Shown here piece after piece: positions 18,969 through 28,124 of a stretch of DNA of 64,000 nucleotides. The notes below the pieces were generated by a model. That model was given only the letters and a program-made list of their open reading frames with translations, ran no database searches and was not told the origin of the DNA. This DNA comes from an uncultured Bacteroidales bacterium (GTDB lineage: Bacteria > Bacteroidota > Bacteroidia > Bacteroidales > UBA7960), in the NCBI GenBank assembly GCA_964491395.1, contig CAZBGI010000002.1:51768-115767 (forward strand). Direction: 5' to 3'. The number at the start of each line of letters is the position of its first letter. Positions within the stretch are counted from its first letter, which is position 1. Position numbers and translations under genes: made by a program.

Positions 18969-21900
18969 TTACAGCTTTCCTCCCAGTACTGTTGAAAAAC
19001 GATAGGTTTTAACCGTACCTCCCGGTTCGAACAATTCAACAAAAATGAGGTAAATCCCCATGTCTGCTTTGTGATGGTCATCAGTAGTGCCATCCCAGGT
19101 GAGTATGCCTTGGGTAGCCAGTAATTCTGATCGGTACAGGGTTTTTATATGGCGCCCCCGGCTGTCATAAACGGTAAGGTTGGCTGTAAATCCGGGCCTT
19201 TCCATTTCGTAGGCAATGTTCAATACATCATCGCTTCCATCATTATCAGGAGAGAAAATCCGGGGGTATAGCTCAAATTTATGGGTACCTGCTTCTTTGT
19301 TGATGGTAAACTGTGAATTAAGATAACCCGGAGTGCCGAAACCTACGTTGGCTGCTGCAGAATGCCAGTTGCTCCTCTCATGAGTGGGTCGGTCATAGTT
19401 GAGACGTTCCAGGGCAACTCCTTTTTTGTCGGTAAGCAATGCATAATGCATGTCTTCATTATATGCCAGCATGTCTGTCACTAGCTGTCCCTTGCTGGCT
19501 AACACAACTATTCCCCCTGTGTTGGTCATGGAGGGTAGGGGCATGGAAATAAACCAAAGAGGGTTGGAAGTTCTGTATTGTTTCTTCACCCGGGCGGGAT
19601 CAGGAGTGAGTGCGCGGTATTCCCCGGGAAAGATTAACTGACTTTCTGCACTGACATGCCGCAGGCTGGTCAGGATATTTTCCAGGGTATCTTTTGATGC
19701 AAGGATGTAGTGTTGCAGATCAATAATTTTGGCAGAACGATTATAAATTTCCACATAACGTTCACCACCGTCAGGGGGATTGAAAAGGATTTCATTGATT
19801 ACCAAATCCAGGCTGTCTGCCATCTCCGGTATACCTACCCGGGCTCTGCCAGTTTCCGGGACATTTCCTGCACAATCAGTAACTTCTGCGAAAACCCTAA
19901 CCTCATAAGTAATACCGGGTTGAAGGGGTTGAGATAAAAGAAGATCTGCCCTTTTGTTTTCCGGACCAAACAGAACTACATCCTGGGGTTCACCTATCTC
20001 ATTATCAATTGCAAAAGCAGTCGTGTTGCTCAATGATTCTCCATCCATGGGTTCATTAAAAAACAGACTGATACGCTCAGGAGATTCATATCCGGCCCTG
20101 AGCAAAAAGGGTGCATCGATATCCGGATTGGAACCCATTACAGAATTGGGTGCCCCCGGAGTACCTCCCCTGGGATCTACAGAAGCTTGCCAGTTTTGCG
20201 ATTCTCCACAAAAATTTAAAGGGTCAATCTTTTCAAGTGCCCAACCTCCATCGGCTTTGGAAGCATCATCATACCAGGTTTCGTTATAGCTTACGAAAGA
20301 AATGTTTTCTTGCTGAGGATTTTTCAAGCTCAGCGTCAGCCCTCCAATGGTAAGAAAATTTGTGGAAAGGTCTGGAACTCCATACACATTCTGGTAATCC
20401 TGCATTGCAGCTGCTCCGGATGGGGTCGTGATTACGGCATATCCCTGGGGCATTATCGGAATAAAAGGTAACTCTCTTGTGGTAGTGCCATGGGTAAAGG
20501 TCCAACCTCTGAGGTGAACAGGGAACGGAGAGGTATTATACAACTCGATGTATCGGTAAGGAGGGAGGTCGACCACAGGTGTGGGATTGGCCATGATTTC
20601 ATTAAATACCACATCAAAGGGCTTGGCAATATAATCCGCAAAAAGAGCCGTATTTTCCATCAGTGGATTGCCTGCGCAATCGGTAATGTTTTCTGAAAGC
20701 GTCACTTCATGCACTGTGTTGCTTTCCAGGGGAATACTCAAAAAGAGCATAACTTGTTTGTAATCTGGTTCTTGTATTGACACAGCCAGGGGATGAGCAT
20801 CATTAACCATATAATTTTCAGGTCGGGAAAGCTTTTCCTCGTTCATGATTTCACTGAAATAGAGGGTTATCTGAAGTTCATTTTCCCATGCAGCACCCAG
20901 CAACACAGGTTGCGTTGTGTCCGGATTTTCATCTATCACCGAATTAATCCGGCCCGGGGTTCCGCCAGCGGCATCTGTACTTGCTTTCCAGTTATCTGCT
21001 TCTGCACAAAAATTGAAAGGGTCAATTTTTTCCAGCGACCAGCCTCCGTTGGCTTTTTCAGGGTCATCGTACCAGGTGTCTGCATAGCTCACAAAAGAAA
21101 TGAGTTCATTCTGTTCATCCCAAAGGGTGAGGGTGTTTCCTGCATTGGTGAGTGCAGTGGCCGATAATCCCGGTACAGCAACCACATTGCCAAATTGGTC
21201 CATCTCGTCGAAGGCGGCTGTGGTTGTCAGCACTGCGAAACCTCCTGCCGGAATCACCGCAAACGGAAGATCCCGATCCGTAGAACCATGACGAAAGGTC
21301 CATCCTTCCATGTTTATGTCAAATGATGAAGTGTTGAATAACTCGACATATTCATGAGGTGGCAGGCCTGTTTCCGGGGTTGGATTGGCCATGATCTCAT
21401 TGAATACCACATCAAATCTTTGAGGCACATACCATGCGAAGTCACCGGTAAAAGGAGACATAAGGTTTCCTGCATAGTCCTGTATGTTAATGATGGTGAG
21501 GCTGTAGGTTTCTCCTGCTTCAAAGTTTGCAGAGAAATGGAGGGTAACTTTGTTGGGCATTTCATCACTCAGCATCGCTGTTTCGGGAGCGCCGATGCCT
21601 TGATCAACGAAATAATTTGTAACATTTTGCGATGTAACCGGTTCAACAGCTTCCGAAAATAACACCTCCAGCGTATTGTCAGATTGGGCCAAAATTCCTG
21701 TTACCTCCGGAGGAGAGGCATCAGGAATAATATCTCCCACATAAATATCGTCAAAATAAAAGGCAGAAGCGTTGGAGACGGTATATCGGCATTTTAAGCC
21801 AAACCACTCACTTACTGTATGTTCGTTGTCAAAAGCACTACCCTGGGGAAGAAAAAAATTCTCTCCTGTGGGATCAGCAAAAAACTCCCAGTTACCGGCA

Positions 21901-22373
21901 TCATCGCGAACGACTTTAATTCGAATCCGGTTGTTGCTAAGAGAGGCAATATTGGAAGATCCCGACATTATCTCTGTATGATCTTCACCCGACTGGCGAA
22001 AAAAATACAATCTTTTGTTGTCGGTACCGTCTTTCCCTATTCTAACATAATAACCATTGAGTGCGCCGGAAAGATCATTGTTGTCGCTTACCAGGTAAAT
22101 TAAGGGATGGTTGTTGCTGGAAGGAGTGAAAGCAAGTCGTATCCAAAATTCCCATTGGGTATTGTGAATCATGCTGCTTTGGGTTGCTAGGTAGGCTTCA
22201 GCTGTCTGGTTATCATTGAGCCGCAGTAGCTGGTTTTCTACCAGAAATTTATTCTCCTCGCCAATCCATTCGGGATTGTGGGTAAAGTTACCATCGCTGA
22301 AGTCATCTGTAAACTGGGCAAAGCAAAACAATGGCAGGAGAAAAAACAGGGGTAAAATTGCTTTTCTGTGCAT
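18969..22373 (-). CDS. large secreted lamin-tail-domain (LTD) repeat protein with a C-terminal SPDNDG-type beta-domain
   Basis: Signal peptide from Met15 of the ORF-track product (MHRKAILPLFFLLPLFCFAQ). Three LTD-like modules (FDVVFNEIMANPTP..YVELFNTS, FDVVFNEIMANPTP..YIELYNTS, LVINEILFNPPDGGERYVEIYNRS). The C-terminus, FSPDNDGSDDVLNI...GIYLIFVE, resembles T9SS type-B / FlgD-Ig-like domains. Confidence 0.65.
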   Translation of the reverse strand: MHRKAILPLFFLLPLFCFAQFTDDFSDGNFTHNPEWIGEENKFLVENQLLRLNDNQTAEAYLATQSSMIHNTQWEFWIRLAFTPSSNNHPLIYLVSDNNDLSGALNGYYVRIGKDGTDNKRLYFFRQSGEDHTEIMSGSSNIASLSNNRIRIKVVRDDAGNWEFFADPTGENFFLPQGSAFDNEHTVSEWFGLKCRYTVSNASAFYFDDIYVGDIIPDASPPEVTGILAQSDNTLEVLFSEAVEPVTSQNVTNYFVDQGIGAPETAMLSDEMPNKVTLHFSANFEAGETYSLTIINIQDYAGNLMSPFTGDFAWYVPQRFDVVFNEIMANPTPETGLPPHEYVELFNTSSFDINMEGWTFRHGSTDRDLPFAVIPAGGFAVLTTTAAFDEMDQFGNVVAVPGLSATALTNAGNTLTLWDEQNELISFVSYADTWYDDPEKANGGWSLEKIDPFNFCAEADNWKASTDAAGGTPGRINSVIDENPDTTQPVLLGAAWENELQITLYFSEIMNEEKLSRPENYMVNDAHPLAVSIQEPDYKQVMLFLSIPLESNTVHEVTLSENITDCAGNPLMENTALFADYIAKPFDVVFNEIMANPTPVVDLPPYRYIELYNTSPFPVHLRGWTFTHGTTTRELPFIPIMPQGYAVITTPSGAAAMQDYQNVYGVPDLSTNFLTIGGLTLSLKNPQQENISFVSYNETWYDDASKADGGWALEKIDPLNFCGESQNWQASVDPRGGTPGAPNSVMGSNPDIDAPFLLRAGYESPERISLFFNEPMDGESLSNTTAFAIDNEIGEPQDVVLFGPENKRADLLLSQPLQPGITYEVRVFAEVTDCAGNVPETGRARVGIPEMADSLDLVINEILFNPPDGGERYVEIYNRSAKIIDLQHYILASKDTLENILTSLRHVSAESQLIFPGEYRALTPDPARVKKQYRTSNPLWFISMPLPSMTNTGGIVVLASKGQLVTDMLAYNEDMHYALLTDKKGVALERLNYDRPTHERSNWHSAAANVGFGTPGYLNSQFTINKEAGTHKFELYPRIFSPDNDGSDDVLNIAYEMERPGFTANLTVYDSRGRHIKTLYRSELLATQGILTWDGTTDDHHKADMGIYLIFVELFEPGGTVKTYRFSTVLGGKL
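19820..21416 (-). repeat. intragenic tandem duplication: two modules of about 798 bp (LTD plus Ig-like domain) inside the LTD protein gene
   Basis: ggattggccatgatctcattgaataccacatcaaa (21382-21416) recurs as ggattggccatgatttcattaaataccacatcaaa (20585-20618), a period of about 798 bp (266 aa). The protein modules align throughout (..GGWSLEKIDPFNFC.. vs ..GGWALEKIDPLNFC..). Confidence 0.8.
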
Positions 22374-22402
22374 GGGCCTTGATTTTGAGATAGTAAATAT
22401 AC

Positions 22403-22410
22403 TATTTTTG
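22403..22410 (+). promoter_or_regulatory. Bacteroidota-type -7 box for asd
   Basis: TATTTTTG, 37 nt upstream of ATG 22447. Confidence 0.5.
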
Positions 22411-22446
22411 CCCAATTGACTTTAGAAAGTTTTAAAATTTATAAAT

Positions 22447-23442
22447 ATGAAACTAGCCTTGATTGGCGCCACCGGCCTGGTTGGCAATGTAATGATAAAA
22501 GTATTGGAGGAGAGCAATTTTCCGGTAAGTGAGTTTTTCCCTGCTGCCTCTGAACGCTCGGTGGGAAAACCCATTGAGTTCAATGGAAACATTCATACGG
22601 TATGCAGCATTGAAGACGCACTCGCCGCAAAGCCTGCCATAGCACTTTTTTCTGCCGGGGGAGGCACTTCAAAACAATGGGCCGAAAAATTTGCTCAACA
22701 AGGTACCTATGTAATTGACAATTCCTCTGCATGGCGCATGGATGAAAAAGTTCCCCTGGTGGTGCCGGAAGTGAATCCCGATACCCTCAGCGAACGAACC
22801 AGGATTATTGCCAATCCCAATTGCTCCACCATCCAGATGGTAGTAGCCCTGAATCCTCTTCACAAGGCTTATGGCATCAAAAGATTGGTGATTTCTACCT
22901 ATCAGTCTGTTACCGGCACCGGTGTGGCAGCTGTAAAACAACTGGATGACGAACGGGCTGGCATTACCCCCCAAAGGGTGTATCCTTATCCCATTGATTT
23001 AAATTGTTTTCCGCATGGCGGTGACTTTGAGGCCAATGGTTATACTACAGAAGAAACCAAACTGGTAAATGAAACCCGAAAGATTCTCGGGGATGCGCAT
23101 ATCAGAATAACCGCTACTGTAGTTCGAATCCCGGTAAAGGGAGGGCACTCAGAAGCGGTCAATGTGGAAATGAAAACCTCTTTCCACCTCAACGAAATCA
23201 TGAACCTCTTTGCCAATTCTCCCGGCCTGGTTGTTCAGGACAATGTTGCAGAGAATATTTACCCCATGCCCCGTTTCAGTCATAACAAAGATCAGGTTTT
23301 CGTAGGCAGAATCCGCCGGGATGAATCGTGTGATAATGCCCTGAATCTGTGGATTGTTGCCGACAATCTCCGGAAAGGGGCTGCCACCAATGCCGTGCAG
23401 ATAGCCCGTTTGTTGCTGGAAAAAAATCTGGTGAGAGCGTAA
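22447..23442 (+). CDS. asd: aspartate-semialdehyde dehydrogenase
   Basis: GATGLVG NAD(P) loop, the active-site segment IANPNCSTIQMV, and C-terminal RKGAATNAVQIA. Confidence 0.9.
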   Translation: MKLALIGATGLVGNVMIKVLEESNFPVSEFFPAASERSVGKPIEFNGNIHTVCSIEDALAAKPAIALFSAGGGTSKQWAEKFAQQGTYVIDNSSAWRMDEKVPLVVPEVNPDTLSERTRIIANPNCSTIQMVVALNPLHKAYGIKRLVISTYQSVTGTGVAAVKQLDDERAGITPQRVYPYPIDLNCFPHGGDFEANGYTTEETKLVNETRKILGDAHIRITATVVRIPVKGGHSEAVNVEMKTSFHLNEIMNLFANSPGLVVQDNVAENIYPMPRFSHNKDQVFVGRIRRDESCDNALNLWIVADNLRKGAATNAVQIARLLLEKNLVRA

Positions 23443-23452
23443 GCATTTTTTG

Positions 23453-23460
23453 TACTTTTG
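23453..23460 (+). promoter_or_regulatory. Bacteroidota-type -7 box for the lipid kinase-glyQS pair
   Basis: TACTTTTG, 70 nt upstream of 23530. Confidence 0.45.
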
Positions 23461-23529
23461 CAATTCGCTGAAAAACAGGTGCTGTTTGCCTAAAGCGTTG
23501 AATATTAAGTATAACAAGAAACGGAAATT

Positions 23530-24501
23530 TTGGAGAAACAGGATGTAACTTCCACCTGGCTGGCTGTTGTGAACCCCAACGCCGGGGTGAAAAAGTGTGA
23601 GAAAGACTGGGAAAAAATCGCAGGGTTATTCAAAAAGCATCACCTGGATTTTTATCCCGTATTTACGGAGAAACGAGGTCATGCCATAGCCCTTACCAAA
23701 GAGCATATTGAGAAAGGCTTTCGAAAAATAATTTCCGTTGGTGGAGATGGTACGCTCAATGAAGTCGTAAACGGAGTGTTTCATCAAAAAGTTGCTGAGA
23801 CCACCGATATCACCCTTGCCGTTGTTTCTGTGGGAACAGGGAATGACTGGGTGCGCACCTACCATATTCCGGGTGATTATGACAAGTGCATCGCCCTGAT
23901 AAAAAAAGAAGATACTTTTATCCAGGATGCAGGAATGGTAAATTTCGCCAATGGCAGCGGAACCAATACCCGTTATTTTATCAACATGGCAGGCCTGGGC
24001 TTTGATGGTCTTGTAGCCAAAAAAACCAACGCAGACAAGGATTTGGGAAGAGCCAATCCGTTTGTGTATCTTAAAAATATTTTTGCTTCCCTTTTTACCT
24101 TTAAATCAGTGCCCACCCGCATTGTAGTAGACGATACTGAAATGAACCATCATGTCTTCAGCATGGGAGTGGGTATCGGACAGTTCAACGGAGGAGGGAT
24201 GAAACAAGCTCCCAATGCCATTCCCAATGACGGACTTTTTGATCTTACCCTCATTAAAGACATGAGCAAGTGGGCTGTTATATACAATGTCAATCGGTTG
24301 TATAACGGAACCATTGGCCGCCATAAAAAGGTTGAAATGCACCAGGGAAGACATATTGTGATAGAACCCAAAACACCGGTTCTGATGGAAGCAGATGGAG
24401 AATCACTGGGTCAGTCACCTTTTCGTTTTACCGTCATTCCTAAAAGCCTGAAGGTGGTAATTAACAAGAAAAATCTTTTTAAAAGTCCTGAAAATAAATA
24501 A
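23530..24501 (+). CDS. diacylglycerol kinase family lipid kinase (YegS/BmrU-like)
   Basis: AVVNPNAG.. N-terminus and the VGGDGTLNEVVNG motif of the DAGK catalytic domain. TTG start with no nearby in-frame ATG. Confidence 0.8.
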   Translation: MEKQDVTSTWLAVVNPNAGVKKCEKDWEKIAGLFKKHHLDFYPVFTEKRGHAIALTKEHIEKGFRKIISVGGDGTLNEVVNGVFHQKVAETTDITLAVVSVGTGNDWVRTYHIPGDYDKCIALIKKEDTFIQDAGMVNFANGSGTNTRYFINMAGLGFDGLVAKKTNADKDLGRANPFVYLKNIFASLFTFKSVPTRIVVDDTEMNHHVFSMGVGIGQFNGGGMKQAPNAIPNDGLFDLTLIKDMSKWAVIYNVNRLYNGTIGRHKKVEMHQGRHIVIEPKTPVLMEADGESLGQSPFRFTVIPKSLKVVINKKNLFKSPENK

Positions 24502-24524
24502 CATAAACATAGAAAAATTATCGT

Positions 24525-26051
24525 ATGCTTAAAGGAGAGGATGTTTTCAAAAAAATTATTGCCCATGCCAAAGAGTATGGCTTTATTTTCCAGTCCAGTG
24601 AAATTTATGACGGACTAAGTGCCGTATATGACTATGGTCAGAATGGTTCTGCCCTGAAAAACAACATCAAGGAGTATTGGTGGAAATCCATGGTGCAGTT
24701 TCATGAAAACATTGTGGGAATTGATTCTGCCATTTTTATGCACCCCACGGTTTGGAAAGCCTCAGGCCACGTGGATGCTTTTAACGATCCGCTCATTGAC
24801 AACAAAGATTCCAAAAAAAGATACCGTGCCGATGTGCTCATTGAAGATCATGTGGCCAAACTCGAAGAAAAGATCAACAAAGAAGTGCAAAAGGCTGCCA
24901 AACGTTTTGGTGAGAGCTTTGATGAAAAAATGTTTCGTGAAACCAACCCGCGGGTTATGGCCAACCGCGAAAAAATTGAAGCCATCATGAAACGTTTTGT
25001 GGCAGCATTGGAAGCCAACGATCTGAAAGATGTAAAAACATTGATTGAAGAACTGGGTATTGCATGCCCTGTGTCGGGATCAAAAAACTGGACCGACGTA
25101 AGACAGTTTAACCTGATGTTTAGTACCCAAATGGGTTCATTAAGTGAAGATGCCAATCAGATTTATCTCCGGCCCGAAACCGCTCAGGGAATATTTGTCA
25201 ATTATCTGAATGTTCAGAAAACCGGGCGAATGAAAATCCCTTTCGGTATCGCCCAGATTGGAAAAGCATTTCGTAATGAAATAGTTGCCCGCCAGTTTAT
25301 CTTCCGCATGCGCGAATTTGAACAAATGGAAATGCAATTTTTTGTAAGACCCGGAGAAGAAAAGCAGTGGTATGAATACTGGAAAGAAAATCGCATGAAG
25401 TGGCATCAATCACTGGGAATGCCCGATGAAGTGTATCGCTTTCATGATCACGACAAGTTGGCCCACTATGCCAATGCTGCTGCCGACATTGAATTTGAAT
25501 TTCCTTTTGGCTTCAAAGAACTGGAAGGTATTCACTCGCGTACCGACTTTGACCTGGGAGCACATCAGAAATTCTCTGGTAAAAAACTGCAGTATTTTGA
25601 TCCTGAAACCAACGAGAGTTATGTCCCCTACGTGGTGGAAACCTCTATTGGTCTCGACCGGATGTTTCTTGCTATACTCAGTCACGCTTATAATGAAGAA
25701 ACCCTGGAGGATGGTTCACAAAGGATCGTAATGAATCTTCCCCCAATGCTTGCTCCCTATAAAGTAGCCGTGCTTCCGCTGATGAAAAAAGACGGACTGG
25801 CAGAAAAGGCACGTGAAGTTATGGACCACCTCAAATACGACTTCATGTGTGCCTACGAAGAAAAAGATGCCATCGGACGTCGTTATCGTCGCCAGGATGC
25901 CATTGGGACTCCCTACTGTATTACCATTGACCATCAGACCCTGGAAGACAACACGGTTACCATTCGAGAACGGGACACCATGCAGCAGGAGCGCATACAT
26001 GCTGATGAAGTAAAAAAAGTAGTGGCTGAAAAAACCCGCTACAGAAGGTAA
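24525..26051 (+). CDS. glyQS: glycine--tRNA ligase (homodimeric class II type)
   Basis: GFIFQSSEIYDGLSAVYDYG, RPETAQGIFVN, FRNEI.ARQFIFRMREFEQMEMQFF (class II motifs) and a C-terminal anticodon-binding domain. Confidence 0.95.
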   Translation: MLKGEDVFKKIIAHAKEYGFIFQSSEIYDGLSAVYDYGQNGSALKNNIKEYWWKSMVQFHENIVGIDSAIFMHPTVWKASGHVDAFNDPLIDNKDSKKRYRADVLIEDHVAKLEEKINKEVQKAAKRFGESFDEKMFRETNPRVMANREKIEAIMKRFVAALEANDLKDVKTLIEELGIACPVSGSKNWTDVRQFNLMFSTQMGSLSEDANQIYLRPETAQGIFVNYLNVQKTGRMKIPFGIAQIGKAFRNEIVARQFIFRMREFEQMEMQFFVRPGEEKQWYEYWKENRMKWHQSLGMPDEVYRFHDHDKLAHYANAAADIEFEFPFGFKELEGIHSRTDFDLGAHQKFSGKKLQYFDPETNESYVPYVVETSIGLDRMFLAILSHAYNEETLEDGSQRIVMNLPPMLAPYKVAVLPLMKKDGLAEKAREVMDHLKYDFMCAYEEKDAIGRRYRRQDAIGTPYCITIDHQTLEDNTVTIRERDTMQQERIHADEVKKVVAEKTRYRR

Positions 26052-26150
26052 AACTGAACTCACCAGCGGATTGCTGTGAATTACCGGAAAACTATTCCCG
26101 GCAGAACCTTTCCGAAAGTTCATTGACAGATCACAATTTCCGGCTATAGA

Positions 26151-26192
26151 ACGCGGTCAGTTGAAGATTTTAATTGGCCGCGTTTTGTTGTT
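26151..26192 (+). terminator. intrinsic terminator after glyQS
   Basis: Stem ACGCGGTCA (26151-26159) / TGGCCGCGT (26175-26183, one G-U pair), loop of about 15 nt, then tttgttgttt. Confidence 0.55.
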
Positions 26193-26281
26193 TCATGAAG
26201 TCTTTAACGGCATACCGGGATTTTTTTCAGTTTTTACCGGTTTTCTTTTTTGTGATGAACGCTTCCAACAATAAATGTGAT

Positions 26282-26289
26282 TATTTTTG
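26282..26289 (+). promoter_or_regulatory. Bacteroidota-type -7 box for the S41 peptidase gene
   Basis: TATTTTTG, 32 nt upstream of ATG 26321. Confidence 0.5.
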
Positions 26290-26320
26290 TGTTTAGCAAG
26301 TATCCCTAAAAAATTTTATC

Positions 26321-27607
26321 ATGAAAAGAAATCTGCCTGTTCCTAATGTCTTTCTGCTGCTCGTCTTCTTTTCCTTGTCCGTTATTTTCAGTGCATGCAA
26401 TAAAGAAGAACCCCCCGTCATCTTAAATGAAGAGAATGAATCGTTTTATAATGACCTTATGAAAGAATGGTATTACTGGACCGATGAGATGCCGGAAATC
26501 AATCCCTCATCCTTTGCCAACCTGCATGAGGTGTTGGAAGCTGTTCGCTATAAGCCTCTTGACAGATGGAGTTTCATCGCAGATTGGGAAGAGTTTTATA
26601 CCTATATTTCCAATACTGAATTTGTAGGGTATGGGGCAGGTTTTGCCTGGGATAACAGTGGAAACCTCAGGATTAGTCACATTTATAACAATGTTCCCAT
26701 GTACGAGGAAGGGATAAGAAGGGGCTGGATTCTGGAGCAAGTTAACGGTACCGTGATGAATCCCTCGGTAAGTATAAGTTCGTTGCTGGGCGAAGATCAG
26801 GTGGGCGTAAGCAATGATTTTGTTTTTATTACCCCCTCCGGAGAGCAGGTGAATGTTACTCTCCAGAAGGAGGTACTCGCCGTGAATACAGTGTTGCATC
26901 ATGAGGTGGTTGAGCAGGAAGGAATGAAAGTGGGATACCTGGTATTGCAGAATTTTTCCGGTTCCACCCAGGGTGAACTGGAAGAGGTTTTTCAGGATTT
27001 CAGCGAAGAGCAAATTGATGATTTGATTCTTGATCTGCGTTACAACGGCGGAGGATTAACATCCATTGCCTTGCAGCTTTCCAGTCTTATTGCAGGGACG
27101 GATTTGGCAGGAGAACCCTTTGCAAAGTATTACTATAATGCCTATCAGCAAGAAAGGAACAAAACGGAGTATTTATCTGAAGAGCCCAACAGTTTGGGCC
27201 TTGACCGATTGGTTGTGATTACAACAGGTGCCTCTGCCAGTGCGAGCGAAATGGTTATCAACGGACTCAGACCTTACATAGATGTTTACGTTGTGGGTGC
27301 TGACACATACGGCAAGCCTATGGGAGCTGATGTGTTGAGATTTAATGAGGTATGGGCTGTAGCCCCTATTACCATCAATGTGAAAAATGCCGATGATGAG
27401 GGAGAGTTTTTTGATGGAATCCCGGCTGATATTCCGGCAGCCGATAATTTGACTGTAGATTTTGGAGATCCTCAGGAAGACTCCTTTCAGCAGGCGATGG
27501 CATTTATCACCAGTGGAATTACAAAAAGTGAACCTGTACAAGAACCTCTCTACCGGCAGCCATGGGAAGACATGGAAGGGTTGAGGCGTTGGATCGGTGG
27601 TTTTTAG
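26321..27607 (+). CDS. S41-family peptidase (lipoprotein)
   Basis: Lipoprotein signal (VIFSAC). LILDLRYNGGGL and TTGASASASEMVINGL are the S41 (tail-specific protease-like) signatures around the catalytic Ser. Confidence 0.75.
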   Translation: MKRNLPVPNVFLLLVFFSLSVIFSACNKEEPPVILNEENESFYNDLMKEWYYWTDEMPEINPSSFANLHEVLEAVRYKPLDRWSFIADWEEFYTYISNTEFVGYGAGFAWDNSGNLRISHIYNNVPMYEEGIRRGWILEQVNGTVMNPSVSISSLLGEDQVGVSNDFVFITPSGEQVNVTLQKEVLAVNTVLHHEVVEQEGMKVGYLVLQNFSGSTQGELEEVFQDFSEEQIDDLILDLRYNGGGLTSIALQLSSLIAGTDLAGEPFAKYYYNAYQQERNKTEYLSEEPNSLGLDRLVVITTGASASASEMVINGLRPYIDVYVVGADTYGKPMGADVLRFNEVWAVAPITINVKNADDEGEFFDGIPADIPAADNLTVDFGDPQEDSFQQAMAFITSGITKSEPVQEPLYRQPWEDMEGLRRWIGGF

Positions 27608-27629
27608 AACAGAATGAAAGGAAAATGGC

Positions 27630-28124
27630 TTATTTGCTTTCCAAAAACCTGTTGATAATCCCGGTGGTGGAATATCCTTCAAGGAAATCGATGGTAACTA
27701 CTTTACCACCTTTGGCCATTACTACATCGTAACCTACGATATCTTCAGGCTTGTAGTCGCTTCCTTTTACCAACACATCAGGCTGAACCCTTTTAATGAG
27801 TTCAAGGGGAGTATCTTCGTCAAAAAGCACGATGGCAGAAACAAAAAACAGCGAGGCCAGTAACTGCGCTCTTGCAGTCTGATTGTTAACGGGTCTGTCG
27901 GGTCCTTTAAGCCGCTGTACCGAAGCATCTGTATTTAAGCCTACCACGAGAATATCACCCTGATCAGCGGCTTTGGCCAGATAATCTATATGGCCCAGGT
28001 GCAGTATGTCAAAACAGCCATTGGTAAATACCGTTTTTTTGTTCTGAAATCTCCAATAGGCCAGGCTTCTCGACAATTGTTCCGGAGAAAGAATTTTTTG
28101 GTTGATGATGTCGTTGCGTGTCAT
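27630..28124 (-). CDS. stand-alone cytidylyltransferase-like protein (RfaE domain II-like, D-beta-D-heptose 1-phosphate adenylyltransferase family)
   Basis: FTNGCFDILHLGHIDYL (the T/H-x-G-H nucleotidyltransferase motif), 164 aa. Its start overlaps the stop of the upstream gene by 4 nt. Confidence 0.7.
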   Translation of the reverse strand: MTRNDIINQKILSPEQLSRSLAYWRFQNKKTVFTNGCFDILHLGHIDYLAKAADQGDILVVGLNTDASVQRLKGPDRPVNNQTARAQLLASLFFVSAIVLFDEDTPLELIKRVQPDVLVKGSDYKPEDIVGYDVVMAKGGKVVTIDFLEGYSTTGIINRFLESK

